DNA of 64,000 nucleotides, from positions 18,275-82,274 of the forward strand of contig PXCF01000139.1 in the NCBI GenBank assembly GCA_003566715.1, written 5' to 3'. Below are positions 28,595 through 37,300 of this stretch, one piece after another (the first letter of the stretch is position 1; every line of letters starts with the position of its first letter). The stretch is from Cryomorphaceae bacterium. Lineage in GTDB: Bacteria; Bacteroidota; Bacteroidia; Flavobacteriales; Schleiferiaceae. Below the pieces are notes generated by a model that worked only from the letters and a program-made list of their open reading frames with translations, searched no databases and was not told where the DNA came from. The translations under genes were made by a program, and so were the position numbers.

Positions 28595-29464
28595 ATGAAT
28601 ACACTTTTACACGGCTTTCAGCATCTAAGACTCCATTTTTCGCTGTTCTTGCTGCCAGTTTTCTTATTTGCGCTGGCAATGTCTGACGCGCCTTTTCACG
28701 AGCAGACCATGTTGTTGTTTGTTCTTTTGCACCTGGTGATTTATCCCTCAAGCAACGCGTATAACAGCACACAAGATAGAGATGAAGGCAGCATTGGTGG
28801 ACTGAAAAATCCACCGCCCATACCCAACTCATTATCGTTAGTAACGCTGATCATGGATTTACTGGCGCTTTCTTTGGTTTGGGTTTTTATCAATGTTACG
28901 GTTTTTGCCTTACTGCTTCTTTACATCCTGGCATCTCGGGCGTATAGCTATCGCGGCATTCGCTTGAAACAGTACCCCATCGTAGGGTATCTGGTGGTAG
29001 TGACTTTACAGGGGGGGCTGGTATTTCTTGCCACGTCACTAACGGCTAGCGGGGTGTCTCTGTTGGACTTGTCTGTCAACCAATGGCTGGGCGCACTGGC
29101 CGCAACGGTGATGATTGGTGGGGGATATCCCATTACGCAGATCTACCAGCACGAACAAGACCGCCGCGATGGGGTCAATACCATGAGTATGTTGCTCGGA
29201 ATACGGGGAACACTGTTGTACGCCTCTTCGCTTTTTGGATTATTGACGGCGATGATGGTCTATCTTTGGTGGAGCCAACCAGTCGTTCCCATGCTATTCG
29301 TGGCCATAACCTCACCAACGCTGCTCTTTTTTCTTTATTGGATGAAGCGTGTGTGGGTGAACAATTCAGCGGCCAATTACGATAATACTATGAAGATGAA
29401 TTACATCTCCACCGCCACACTGAACGTGTTTTTTGTCGCCCTTTTACTTATCACGCACGCCTGA
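28595..29464 (+). CDS. UbiA-family aromatic prenyltransferase
   Basis: Polytopic membrane protein with Asp-rich motifs NSTQDRDEG and QHEQDRRDG. The start is ambiguous: ATG at 28595 (MNTLLHGFQHLRL) or ATG at 28526. Confidence 0.7.
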   Translation: MNTLLHGFQHLRLHFSLFLLPVFLFALAMSDAPFHEQTMLLFVLLHLVIYPSSNAYNSTQDRDEGSIGGLKNPPPIPNSLSLVTLIMDLLALSLVWVFINVTVFALLLLYILASRAYSYRGIRLKQYPIVGYLVVVTLQGGLVFLATSLTASGVSLLDLSVNQWLGALAATVMIGGGYPITQIYQHEQDRRDGVNTMSMLLGIRGTLLYASSLFGLLTAMMVYLWWSQPVVPMLFVAITSPTLLFFLYWMKRVWVNNSAANYDNTMKMNYISTATLNVFFVALLLITHA

Positions 29465-29467
29465 CTT

Positions 29468-30556
29468 ATGAACAGTTTCATCACGTCAATTGGTACCGCC
29501 GTACCGGAATACCAATATTCACTCGAATCCTTCATCGCCTGGGCTGAGTCAACGCATCAATTGCCGGTCTCTAAGCGCAAGTTGCAGTTTCTCGCCAAAG
29601 ATGCGGGTATCGACACCAAGCATACGGTGGTTGACGATTTCTCTTATAACGGGGAGGGCAGTCTCTACCAATGGAATAGTGAAGGCTACACCGATCCGTT
29701 AACGACCAAACGCTTGGAAAACTTTCTTCCCTTGGCTACCAAGCTCGGGGTAAAGGCAGCAGAAGATTGCCTCAAAAGCAGAGGTATAGAGACCTCCGAC
29801 ATCACCCATGTCATTGCAGTGAGTTGCACCGGGATTCAGGCGCCTGGATTAGAGATAGCCCTGCATAAGGCCTTGGCACTATCCAATCAAGTGGAGCGCA
29901 TGGCCGTAAACTTTTTGGGCTGCTACGCGGCCTTTCACGCCTTTAAAATGGCCGATTACATTTGTCGCGCCAATCCTTCGAGCAAGGTGTTGATTGTAAG
30001 TGTCGAACTTTGTTCCCTGCATTTTCGCAACGACGATACCAACGACAACTTATTATCCACCATTCTCTTTTCTGATGGTGCCGCTGCCGCCATCGTTGAA
30101 GGCAAAAAACCTCATAAAAGGACGTCATTTCAGTGGCGTACGTTTCATTCGGCACTCATTCGTGAAGGGGAAAGCGACATGGGCTGGCACATTGGCAATG
30201 GTGGTTTTGAAATGACATTAAGCAGCCGAGTTTCTCAGCATATTGGCAATCACATTCGCACAGTCTATCAGGAGTTGTTAGACAAATGCGCCATCAACGC
30301 GACCGACGTAAAAGGTTACGCCATTCACCCCGGCGGGAAGAATATACTGCGTGCCTTTGCCGATGCCATCGGGTGTGGTGAACATGATTTACACCCTTCG
30401 TTTGACGTGATGCGTCGGTACGGCAATATGTCTTCGGCGACAATTATGTTTGTGCTCAAGGATATCCTTCACGGCGATTACCCCGACGGCCATTACTACT
30501 CGGCGGCTTTTGGCCCCGGACTCACGGTGGAAAGCGGAATGTTTGTGCGCTCATGA
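29468..30556 (+). CDS. Type III polyketide synthase (chalcone/stilbene synthase family; SrsA/ArsB-like)
   Basis: Catalytic triad contexts AVSCTGIQAPG (Cys), AIHPGGKNIL (His) and YGNMSSATIMFVL (Asn), 362 aa. Confidence 0.9.
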   Translation: MNSFITSIGTAVPEYQYSLESFIAWAESTHQLPVSKRKLQFLAKDAGIDTKHTVVDDFSYNGEGSLYQWNSEGYTDPLTTKRLENFLPLATKLGVKAAEDCLKSRGIETSDITHVIAVSCTGIQAPGLEIALHKALALSNQVERMAVNFLGCYAAFHAFKMADYICRANPSSKVLIVSVELCSLHFRNDDTNDNLLSTILFSDGAAAAIVEGKKPHKRTSFQWRTFHSALIREGESDMGWHIGNGGFEMTLSSRVSQHIGNHIRTVYQELLDKCAINATDVKGYAIHPGGKNILRAFADAIGCGEHDLHPSFDVMRRYGNMSSATIMFVLKDILHGDYPDGHYYSAAFGPGLTVESGMFVRS

Positions 30557-31266
30557 ATTTCCGACAGCGCTCATACGAAAAAGAACGGATGGATGCTCCC
30601 GATTTGCATCCCTCGGAGTTCCACAACAACCTCAAGGAAATCGTCCTTATCAATCGCTATCTCGGCGGCGCATCGGTTACCGTTCAAGGCATCAACGCAC
30701 TCGTAAAAGCGCATGATTTACAAGACCTACACATCACCGATATTGGCTCCGGTGCCGGGGATATTTTTCCCTATTTAGACAAAAAACTGCATCAATACAG
30801 TCCGCACTTTACCGCGGTAGACATCCAGTCGGAGGCGCAGACCTACTTGGAAAAGCATTACCCCGCCTACAAAGATAAAGTGGACTGGATCATCGACGAT
30901 TACAACCGGGTGTTTGAAAAAGAAAACGCCACCGATATCGTTACGGCCAGTTTGTTTTGCCACCATTTAAACGACGAAGAGCTGGTCGACTTTCTTCGTG
31001 GTGCCGTGCGCTATGCCCGTGTCGGTGTGGTCATCAACGACCTGCACCGTCATCCTTTTGCCTACCACAGCATACGTTTACTCACCAAATGGTTTTCAAA
31101 TTCCGCGTTCACTAAACACGACGCACCGCTATCTGTCAGACGTGGATTTACAGCCAGTGAATGGTCCGAGTATCTATCCGAGGCCGAAATTACCAATGCT
31201 TCCATAACGTGGAAATGGGCTTTTCGGCATTTGGTGGTGATACCTACAAACAACCAATTGTTATGA
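30553..31266 (+). CDS. SAM-dependent methyltransferase (SrsB-like position)
   Basis: Motif ITDIGSGAGDIF. The start overlaps the PKS stop (ATGA). Confidence 0.75.
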   Translation: MNFRQRSYEKERMDAPDLHPSEFHNNLKEIVLINRYLGGASVTVQGINALVKAHDLQDLHITDIGSGAGDIFPYLDKKLHQYSPHFTAVDIQSEAQTYLEKHYPAYKDKVDWIIDDYNRVFEKENATDIVTASLFCHHLNDEELVDFLRGAVRYARVGVVINDLHRHPFAYHSIRLLTKWFSNSAFTKHDAPLSVRRGFTASEWSEYLSEAEITNASITWKWAFRHLVVIPTNNQLL

Positions 31267-32363
31267 AACCACCTGTTGTCATCATCGGCGCGGGATTGTC
31301 GGGATTAAGCTTGGCTATACTGCTGCGGCGTTTGCAAGTCCCAGTAACGATCTTAGAGAAGGACATCTATCCCCGACAAAAAGTCTGTGGCGAATACATC
31401 TCCGTCGAATCGGAGGCATTTGTGCGTTCACTCGGGGTGGACACCACTCATTTACCGCACATCAACACCCTTCATTTGACGTCCAATCGGGGGCGAGAAG
31501 CGCAGGTGAAATTGAAGACCGGTGGTTTTGGCATCAGTCGCTGGACGTTGGATCATCAACTGGCGCAAATCGCCTGTGCGGAAGGTGCCGACGTGCAATT
31601 TGGCGTCACCGTTCGCAACGTAGAAGGCAACACCGTGCGTACCGTCAAGCACGGCGATATGGAAGCCTCTCACGTCATTGGCGCTTACGGAAAAAGCAAC
31701 CGCTTGAGTGAAATTGAACTCCCTAAAAACACCACCCATTACGTGGGTATCAAATACCACGTGAAAAGTGATGCGCCGCAAGACGTGATAGAGATGCACG
31801 TTTTCAAAGGTGGTTACTGTGGTTTTTCTAAAATCGAAGATGACTTATATTGTCTTTGCTACCTGGCCGATGCCGCGCCTTTGAAATCCTTTGGCGGTGA
31901 TATCGACGCCTTTGAAAAAGAGCACTTGAGTTTGAACCCCAAATTAAAAACCCGATTTGCGCAGGTGGAGAAAGTGGGTGAGCGGGCGGCCACCTCACAG
32001 TTTCACTTTGGTTCCTACCGCGGCCATGTCAACAACCAACTGCTCGTCGGCGACGCTTCGGGCTTTATTCCGCCCATTACGGGCAACGGGATGAGTTTGG
32101 CCTTTCGCTCCGCCGCCAATACAGCGCCCCTTCTGGCGGATGTTTGGCACGGAAAGTTGGAAGAACAAGCGCTTTATAAAATACAGCAAAATTACGTGGA
32201 TACCTACTTGCAAAAGCGCATTTCCAAGGGCGTATTTCTGCAAAACCTGCTCTTAAAGCAAAATTGGCTGAGCGATGCGGTTTTGTTTGCCGGGTTGAAT
32301 CATCTGCCGTTTTTGGGACAAGTGTTGGCGGATACAGCGGTGGGGGAAGAGTTTAGAATTTAG
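31263..32363 (+). CDS. FAD-dependent oxidoreductase / aromatic-ring hydroxylase-like flavoprotein (SrsC-like position)
   Basis: VVIIGAGLSGLSLA dinucleotide fold and the GDASGFIPPITGNGM motif. The ATG at 31263 overlaps the upstream stop (ATGA). Confidence 0.8.
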   Translation: MKPPVVIIGAGLSGLSLAILLRRLQVPVTILEKDIYPRQKVCGEYISVESEAFVRSLGVDTTHLPHINTLHLTSNRGREAQVKLKTGGFGISRWTLDHQLAQIACAEGADVQFGVTVRNVEGNTVRTVKHGDMEASHVIGAYGKSNRLSEIELPKNTTHYVGIKYHVKSDAPQDVIEMHVFKGGYCGFSKIEDDLYCLCYLADAAPLKSFGGDIDAFEKEHLSLNPKLKTRFAQVEKVGERAATSQFHFGSYRGHVNNQLLVGDASGFIPPITGNGMSLAFRSAANTAPLLADVWHGKLEEQALYKIQQNYVDTYLQKRISKGVFLQNLLLKQNWLSDAVLFAGLNHLPFLGQVLADTAVGEEFRI

Positions 32364-32384
32364 AATTGAAAATGCAGAATTACC

Positions 32385-32409
32385 GTAGAGACGCAATATT
32401 TTGCGTCTA
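32385..32409 (+). repeat. GTAGAGACGCA-family hairpin (3' arm truncated)
   Basis: gtagagacgcaa-tatt-ttgcgtcta, with an 8-bp agacgcaa/ttgcgtct stem. Confidence 0.7.
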
Positions 32410-32425
32410 ATGAATAACCGCTGCC

Positions 32426-32473
32426 TATAGAGATGCGCACGGCTGTAGAGACGCACGGCAGTGCGTCTCTACA
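32426..32473 (+). repeat. GTAGAGACGCA-family element: an 18-nt half-site duplication followed by a perfect 13-bp hairpin
   Basis: tatagagatgcgcacggc is followed by tgtagagacgcac-ggca-gtgcgtctctaca. Confidence 0.8.
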
Positions 32474-32503
32474 TTCGCCAATAACTGTCCAATACCCCTA
32501 TAG

Positions 32504-32532
32504 CAAAACCCCGTAGGGGTGATCGTGATTAT
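32504..32532 (+). repeat. CCCCGTAGGGG-hairpin repeat, copy 1
   Basis: caaaaccccgtaggggtgatcgtgattat, to be compared with copy 2. Confidence 0.7.
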
Positions 32533-32559
32533 AGAAAATATGTGTTCACCTATTCCCCA

Positions 32560-32588
32560 CGAAACCCCGTTGGGGTGGCCGTAATTGT
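32560..32588 (+). repeat. CCCCGTTGGGG-hairpin repeat, copy 2
   Basis: cgaaaccccgttggggtggccgtaattgt is a direct repeat of copy 1 at about 80% identity. Each copy holds a 4-5 bp GC hairpin. Confidence 0.7.
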
Positions 32589-32795
32589 GCAAAAAAATTG
32601 TTTCGGTTGAAATCATCCACACCCCTAATTGGGTTTGCTGTTGTTGAGGTTTTGGCGTTTTATTCTCTCACACATACATGACCATCAATACAAATATAAG
32701 GCGCTAAATAATTTACCCGATAAAAACTCCTCTGCGTGAATACCTTTGCGTCACTTTAGGCACATTAATTGAAAGGTTCATAGAAAACATATCCC

Positions 32796-33545
32796 ATGAG
32801 AATTCTTATTTTGATTGCAATATTGACCGTTGGTTCGCTACATGCGCAAATGATCAATGCCAATACTGAGGTGTTTCACCGCGACGATAAAAGCAAGGTG
32901 GCATTTAAGGTGAATAAAGAGATCGAGGTGTATTCTCAACCCAATGACAAAAGCGGATGGTTTACGGTGAGAATGATTGTATTGGTGGAAAAGGCATCTG
33001 TCAGCGAAGAAGATTTGCTTGCCTCGGAGAGTTTTCTGTTTGATTTAGACGGAGAGAAGATTGGCGCTACGGTAGGGGAAATGTCCTTGCTGGAAAAATC
33101 CAAAGCGCAGGGAAGAAAGAATAAAGACAAGTGGGTGGCGGTCGTCGAAGGACAGGTGTTTAAGACGAAGTTTGTCCGCGGTACCGTACCGGAAATGACC
33201 TTAGAAAACATTTTTACATCGGGAAAAAAAGGAATGATGGCTCGTCAAGTGGACGACTACATCGAAGAGCATCGGTTGATTCGCGAAGATGTTGGCGAAT
33301 TTTCTTTCTACCCCATATACCGTGAAAACCATTCACTCAAGCGCGATAAAGATTTTAAGATTTTACTGGTGTACAAAAAAGGCGGTTCATTTTACGGCAT
33401 CGTTACCCATGATTTTGCTTTAGACATCCCCGCAAAAACCATCAAAGAAGACGCCCCCATCTACATGTACTTTCCGGTCATGAAAGCCAACGATCGCGAT
33501 CTGAATGAGATTTTTGAGCTCGTGTTTGAGTTTATTGCACTTTAG
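32796..33545 (+). CDS. Hypothetical secreted protein
   Basis: Signal peptide MRILILIAILTVGSLHAQ. I recognise no domain. Confidence 0.5.
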   Translation: MRILILIAILTVGSLHAQMINANTEVFHRDDKSKVAFKVNKEIEVYSQPNDKSGWFTVRMIVLVEKASVSEEDLLASESFLFDLDGEKIGATVGEMSLLEKSKAQGRKNKDKWVAVVEGQVFKTKFVRGTVPEMTLENIFTSGKKGMMARQVDDYIEEHRLIREDVGEFSFYPIYRENHSLKRDKDFKILLVYKKGGSFYGIVTHDFALDIPAKTIKEDAPIYMYFPVMKANDRDLNEIFELVFEFIAL

Positions 33546-33698
33546 TCAACCCGTGCCGTTAGGTACAGTATATCAGTAGCAAACTGATTAGTAACGAAGA
33601 TTCTAAAAAAATTAAAATTCCCGCATTAACATCCAATGCCTTATCAGCCTCACAGGCCTAACTTTAAACTATTCAGAGTTTGTCTACAAAGTTATTGC

Positions 33699-33810
33699 GG
33701 CTGAACTAGAAAGTCGAAAGCAAGGCTTGCGAATATTGAAAATTCGGGAGTTTACTGTAGTAAATGACCGGATTTTCAATTGAGCATAACGCACCTATCG
33801 GACTTTATAG
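33699..33810. repeat. Structured repeat of about 113 nt, copy A (8 nt beyond the tatA stop codon on the minus strand)
   Basis: Aligns at about 80% identity with 34247-34361. It shares the ggctg-NN-ctagaaagt...gcaaggcttgc...gggagtttac...agtaaatgac...tgagc-taacg...ctatcggacttt-tag architecture with terminal inverted repeats. Confidence 0.75.
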
Positions 33811-33818
33811 AAAGCCGA

Positions 33819-34109
33819 CTAGAGTTTTCGTTTGATGGTTCCTGTAATCTCCTCAATCGCCTTCTTCCCCTCCTTAACCGCATCTGTAAGCGAATCCTTT
33901 GCACTGTTGTCTTCGTCTAAGTCATCGTCGTTAAGCGCGCTGTCATTGATGCTGTGCTTGATGTCTTCCGTGGCGTTTTTTACCATGCGAATGCCTTTGC
34001 CCAATTCACGAGCAATGGCGGGAATTTGTTTTGATCCGAAGAACATGATGACCATGAGAACGACAAAGCCCAACTCCCCGAAACCTATGTTGAATAGTAA
34101 GAACTGCAT
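33819..34109 (-). CDS. tatA: Twin-arginine translocase TatA/TatE family subunit
   Basis: FGELGFVVLMVIMFFGSKQIPAIARELGKGIRMVK (TM segment plus amphipathic helix). The ATG at 34109 is preferred, because the TTG at 34130 would overlap the predicted -7 box. Confidence 0.85.
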   Translation of the reverse strand: MQFLLFNIGFGELGFVVLMVIMFFGSKQIPAIARELGKGIRMVKNATEDIKHSINDSALNDDDLDEDNSAKDSLTDAVKEGKKAIEEITGTIKRKL

Positions 34110-34127
34110 AGTAATTTGATAATGTTG

Positions 34128-34135
34128 CAAAGGTA
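34128..34135 (-). promoter_or_regulatory. Candidate -7 box (TAnnTTTG) for tatA
   Basis: Minus-strand TACCTTTG lies 18 nt upstream of the ATG at 34109 and just downstream of the secDF terminator. Confidence 0.35.
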
Positions 34136-34181
34136 CGATACAAATTAAACGTCACTATGCTTTGGATTGTGCTTCAAATGT

Positions 34182-34218
34182 AAAAAAAGCGCCCAATGAT
34201 AAACTCAAAGGGCGCTTT
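34182..34218 (-). terminator. Rho-independent terminator downstream of secDF and repeat copy B
   Basis: On the minus strand: aaagcgccc-(15 nt loop)-gggcgcttt followed by TTTTTTT. Confidence 0.6.
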
Positions 34219-34246
34219 GATTAAAAGCTAATACTATTACCTGTTT

Positions 34247-34361
34247 GGCTGTTCTAGAAAGTTTGAGAGCAAGGCTTGCAAAATTTAAAAATCAGGGAGT
34301 TTACAAATTAGTAAATGACTTGATTTTTAAATGAGCGTAACGAAGCTATCGGACTTTCTAG
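34247..34361. repeat. Structured repeat of about 113 nt, copy B (11 nt beyond the secDF stop codon, before the secDF terminator)
   Basis: See copy A. The terminal inverted repeat is ctagaaagt(t)/(g)actttctag, with internal hairpins gcaag-g-cttgc and aaaaatcagggagtttac/gtaaatgacttgattttt. Confidence 0.75.
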
Positions 34362-34372
34362 ACAGACAGAAT

Positions 34373-37300
34373 CTAAGGTGTGTTACTGCCTTCAGCAATA
34401 GGTTTATTCTTACGTTCAATCTCACGCAAACGCGCCTTTTCCGTGTAAGTATCCACCATGATCGGGGTGGCAATAAACACGGATGAGTAGGTACCAACAA
34501 CCACACCAACCATCAAGGCAAACATAAATCCGCGTATCACTTCTCCTCCAAAGATGAAGATGATGAGCAATACGAAGAAGGTAGTCGCTGAGGTGTTGAT
34601 GGTACGACTGATGGTGCTGTTGACCGCTTCGTTGACCACTTCTTTAATGGGCTTTCGCTTACTGTGGGTGGCAAAATATTCACGAATACGGTCAAATACA
34701 ACCACCGTGTCATTCAGCGAGTAACCGATGACTGTAAGTATAGCTGCGATAAATGACTGGTCAATTTCCAAGCTAAACGGAAGGATACCATAGAAGATAG
34801 AGAAGAGCGCCAATACGACCAACACGTCGTGCGTGGCGGCACTAACCGCTCCCAAACTAAATTGCCAGCCTCTAAATCTCAAGAGAATGTAGAGGAAGAT
34901 AACCACGATGGAGAACAAGATGGCCCAGATGGCTGCTTGCTTAATATCTGCCGCAATGGTTGGTCCAACCTGGCGTTCAGCTACCACACCGTAATCGGCG
35001 TTGTTGGGGTTCATAAAGGAACTGTATTCGGTGCCTTCGGCAATGAATGGCTGTAAACCTTCAAACAGCTTCTGGCGAATGGCATCTTCTACTTCAATAC
35101 CTGATTCATCAATACGGTACTTCGTGGTGATGATAACCTGGTTGGCGTCACCGATGGTTTTTACGATAGGAGGTTGAGGGGTGCCACCTTCGTCTACGAA
35201 GACGTTACCCAGTTCCGATTGAATGTCTACCGTATTCACCGGCTCTTCAAATCGCACTTGGAACGAGCGACCTCCAACGAAGTCTACACCGTAGTCAAGG
35301 CCTTTGACGAATAGTGACACAATACCGATAACGATGATGATACCACTGATGAGGTATGATTTATTGCGTTTTCCAACGAAGTCAAATGACAAGTTGGAAA
35401 AGGCATTCATCGTCAACTTGCTACCAAACTTCACCGATTGTTTTTTAGCCAAACGGCTTTCAAGAATCAAGCGGGTAATAAAAATGGCCGAGAACAATGA
35501 GGTGAAAATACCGATAATCAAGGTGGTGGCAAAACCACGGATAGGTCCGGTTCCGAATACGTAAAGGATGATACCCGTAAGTAGGGTGGTGATGTTCGCA
35601 TCGAGGATGGAAGACATCGCTTGCTTGTAACCGTGTTCAACGGCTAATTTTAATCCTTTTCCGGCGCGGATTTCTTCTCGAACCCGTTCATAGATAAGTA
35701 CGTTGGCATCCACGGCAATACCAATTGTTAAGATGATACCCGCGATACCCGGTAGGGTAAGTACGGCTCCCAAACTGGCCAATACACCAAAGATAAAGAA
35801 CATGTTAACTACCAACGCAACGTTAGATGCTACACCGGCAACGTTGTAGTAGAAGATCATGTACATAAGAACAATAATCAAAGCCAATACAAAAGAGAAA
35901 AGACCAGCGCGAATGGCTGCTTGACCTAGTGAAGGTCCAACCACGTCGGCCTGTACGATACGAGCTGGTGCGGGAAGTTTACCAGCCTTGAGAATATTGG
36001 CCAAATCTTGTGCTTCAAGAATGGTGAAGTTTCCACTGATTTGTGTGCTTCCGCCGCTAATCTCAGATTGAACGGTAGGGAAGGAGTAAACCAAGTTGTC
36101 GAGTACCACGGCCACACTGCGTTTAGGTTCTTGACTGGAGGCTTCACGGGTAATTTTTTGCCATTTCTGAGAACCTACGGCATTCATGCGCATGTTCACG
36201 ATGGGGCGGTTGCGTTCGTCGAAGTCTTGACGCGCGTCAACAACGACATCTCCATCAAGAGCCGGCGTCATATCGCGGTTGCCTTTTAGTGCCAACAAGT
36301 AAACGAGTTGGTCGGGGCCTTCAGGCTTGGCAGACCAAGCAAAGCGAACGTAGCGCATAGAAGCAGGAAGAAGCGCACGAACCTGAGGCATTCTCAGGTA
36401 TTCGTTAACTTTTGCCGTATCCTGAACGCGCGTATATCCTACGATAGGGCCTCTTCCCGGACGGTTCTCTTGAAAGTCGTAGTTGGGAGCAAATACGTCA
36501 AAGAGCGGATTAAACAATTGTTCTTCATCGATATCGGTAGTGTCACCTTCATCAGACAACAAAGATTCAAAGTCGTCTTCTTGTGTTTGTTCGTCGAGAA
36601 TGGCGTCTAGTTCGTCGGTTGATTCATCGCCTTCGTCAATGTTGTCAGCGGCTTCTATGTCCAGCTGATCAATTTCGTCATCGCTCATGGGTTCGATATC
36701 TAAATCACCCAAAACATCACTGATGTCTGCATCACGATCTTCGCCTTCCGGACGCTCTACCAACGTACGTAAGCGCTCATTGGCTTGTCCTAAGAATTCG
36801 ATCAACTCAACACCTTCGTAGAGGTTCCAGAACTCTAGTTGCGCGGTGCTTTGCAATAGGCGTTTAACACGATCCGGATCTTTTACACCGGGAAGTTCTA
36901 CAAGAATACGACCGGTATTTTCCAGTTTTTGGATGTTGGGTTGAACCACACCAAACTGGTCGATACGAGCGCGCAATACGGTGTACACATTGGAAACGGC
37001 TGCTTCTACTTCGCCGCGTAGCTCTTCTTTGATTCTCGCGTCTTGGGCGTTAAAGCCAAGACGGTCGTTCATCATTTTTGTACCGAACAAACGAGAAGAA
37101 GCATAGTTGATTTTCTCTTCTTCATTGGCGATGATGCGATCCAATTCACGGAAGAATACGTTGACGTATAGTTCATTAGACCCCCCTACATTTTTATCTG
37201 CAGCTTCTATTGCCGCGATGAGTAATGGCTCTTCTTTGTCGTTAGACAATTCCTTGATGATGTCTTTTACCGATACTTCAAGGATGACATTCATCCCCCC

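Noticed and set aside
32381-32592. Repeat cluster considered as a CRISPR array.
   Set aside because: There are only 2-3 copies, the repeats are themselves palindromic hairpins from two different families, spacing is irregular, and no cas genes are in the window.
33699-34361. The two 113-nt repeats considered as ends of an IS or composite transposon carrying tatA.
   Set aside because: The copies are direct rather than inverted relative to each other, there is no transposase, and I see no target-site duplications. tatA is a core gene with its own promoter. A non-autonomous MITE origin is not excluded.
33832-34509. ORFs 33832-34119 (+, antisense to tatA) and 34327-34509 (-, 60 aa, overlapping the secDF 3' end and repeat B).
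   Set aside because: Both overlap better-supported genes or the structured repeat, have biased composition, and show no motifs.
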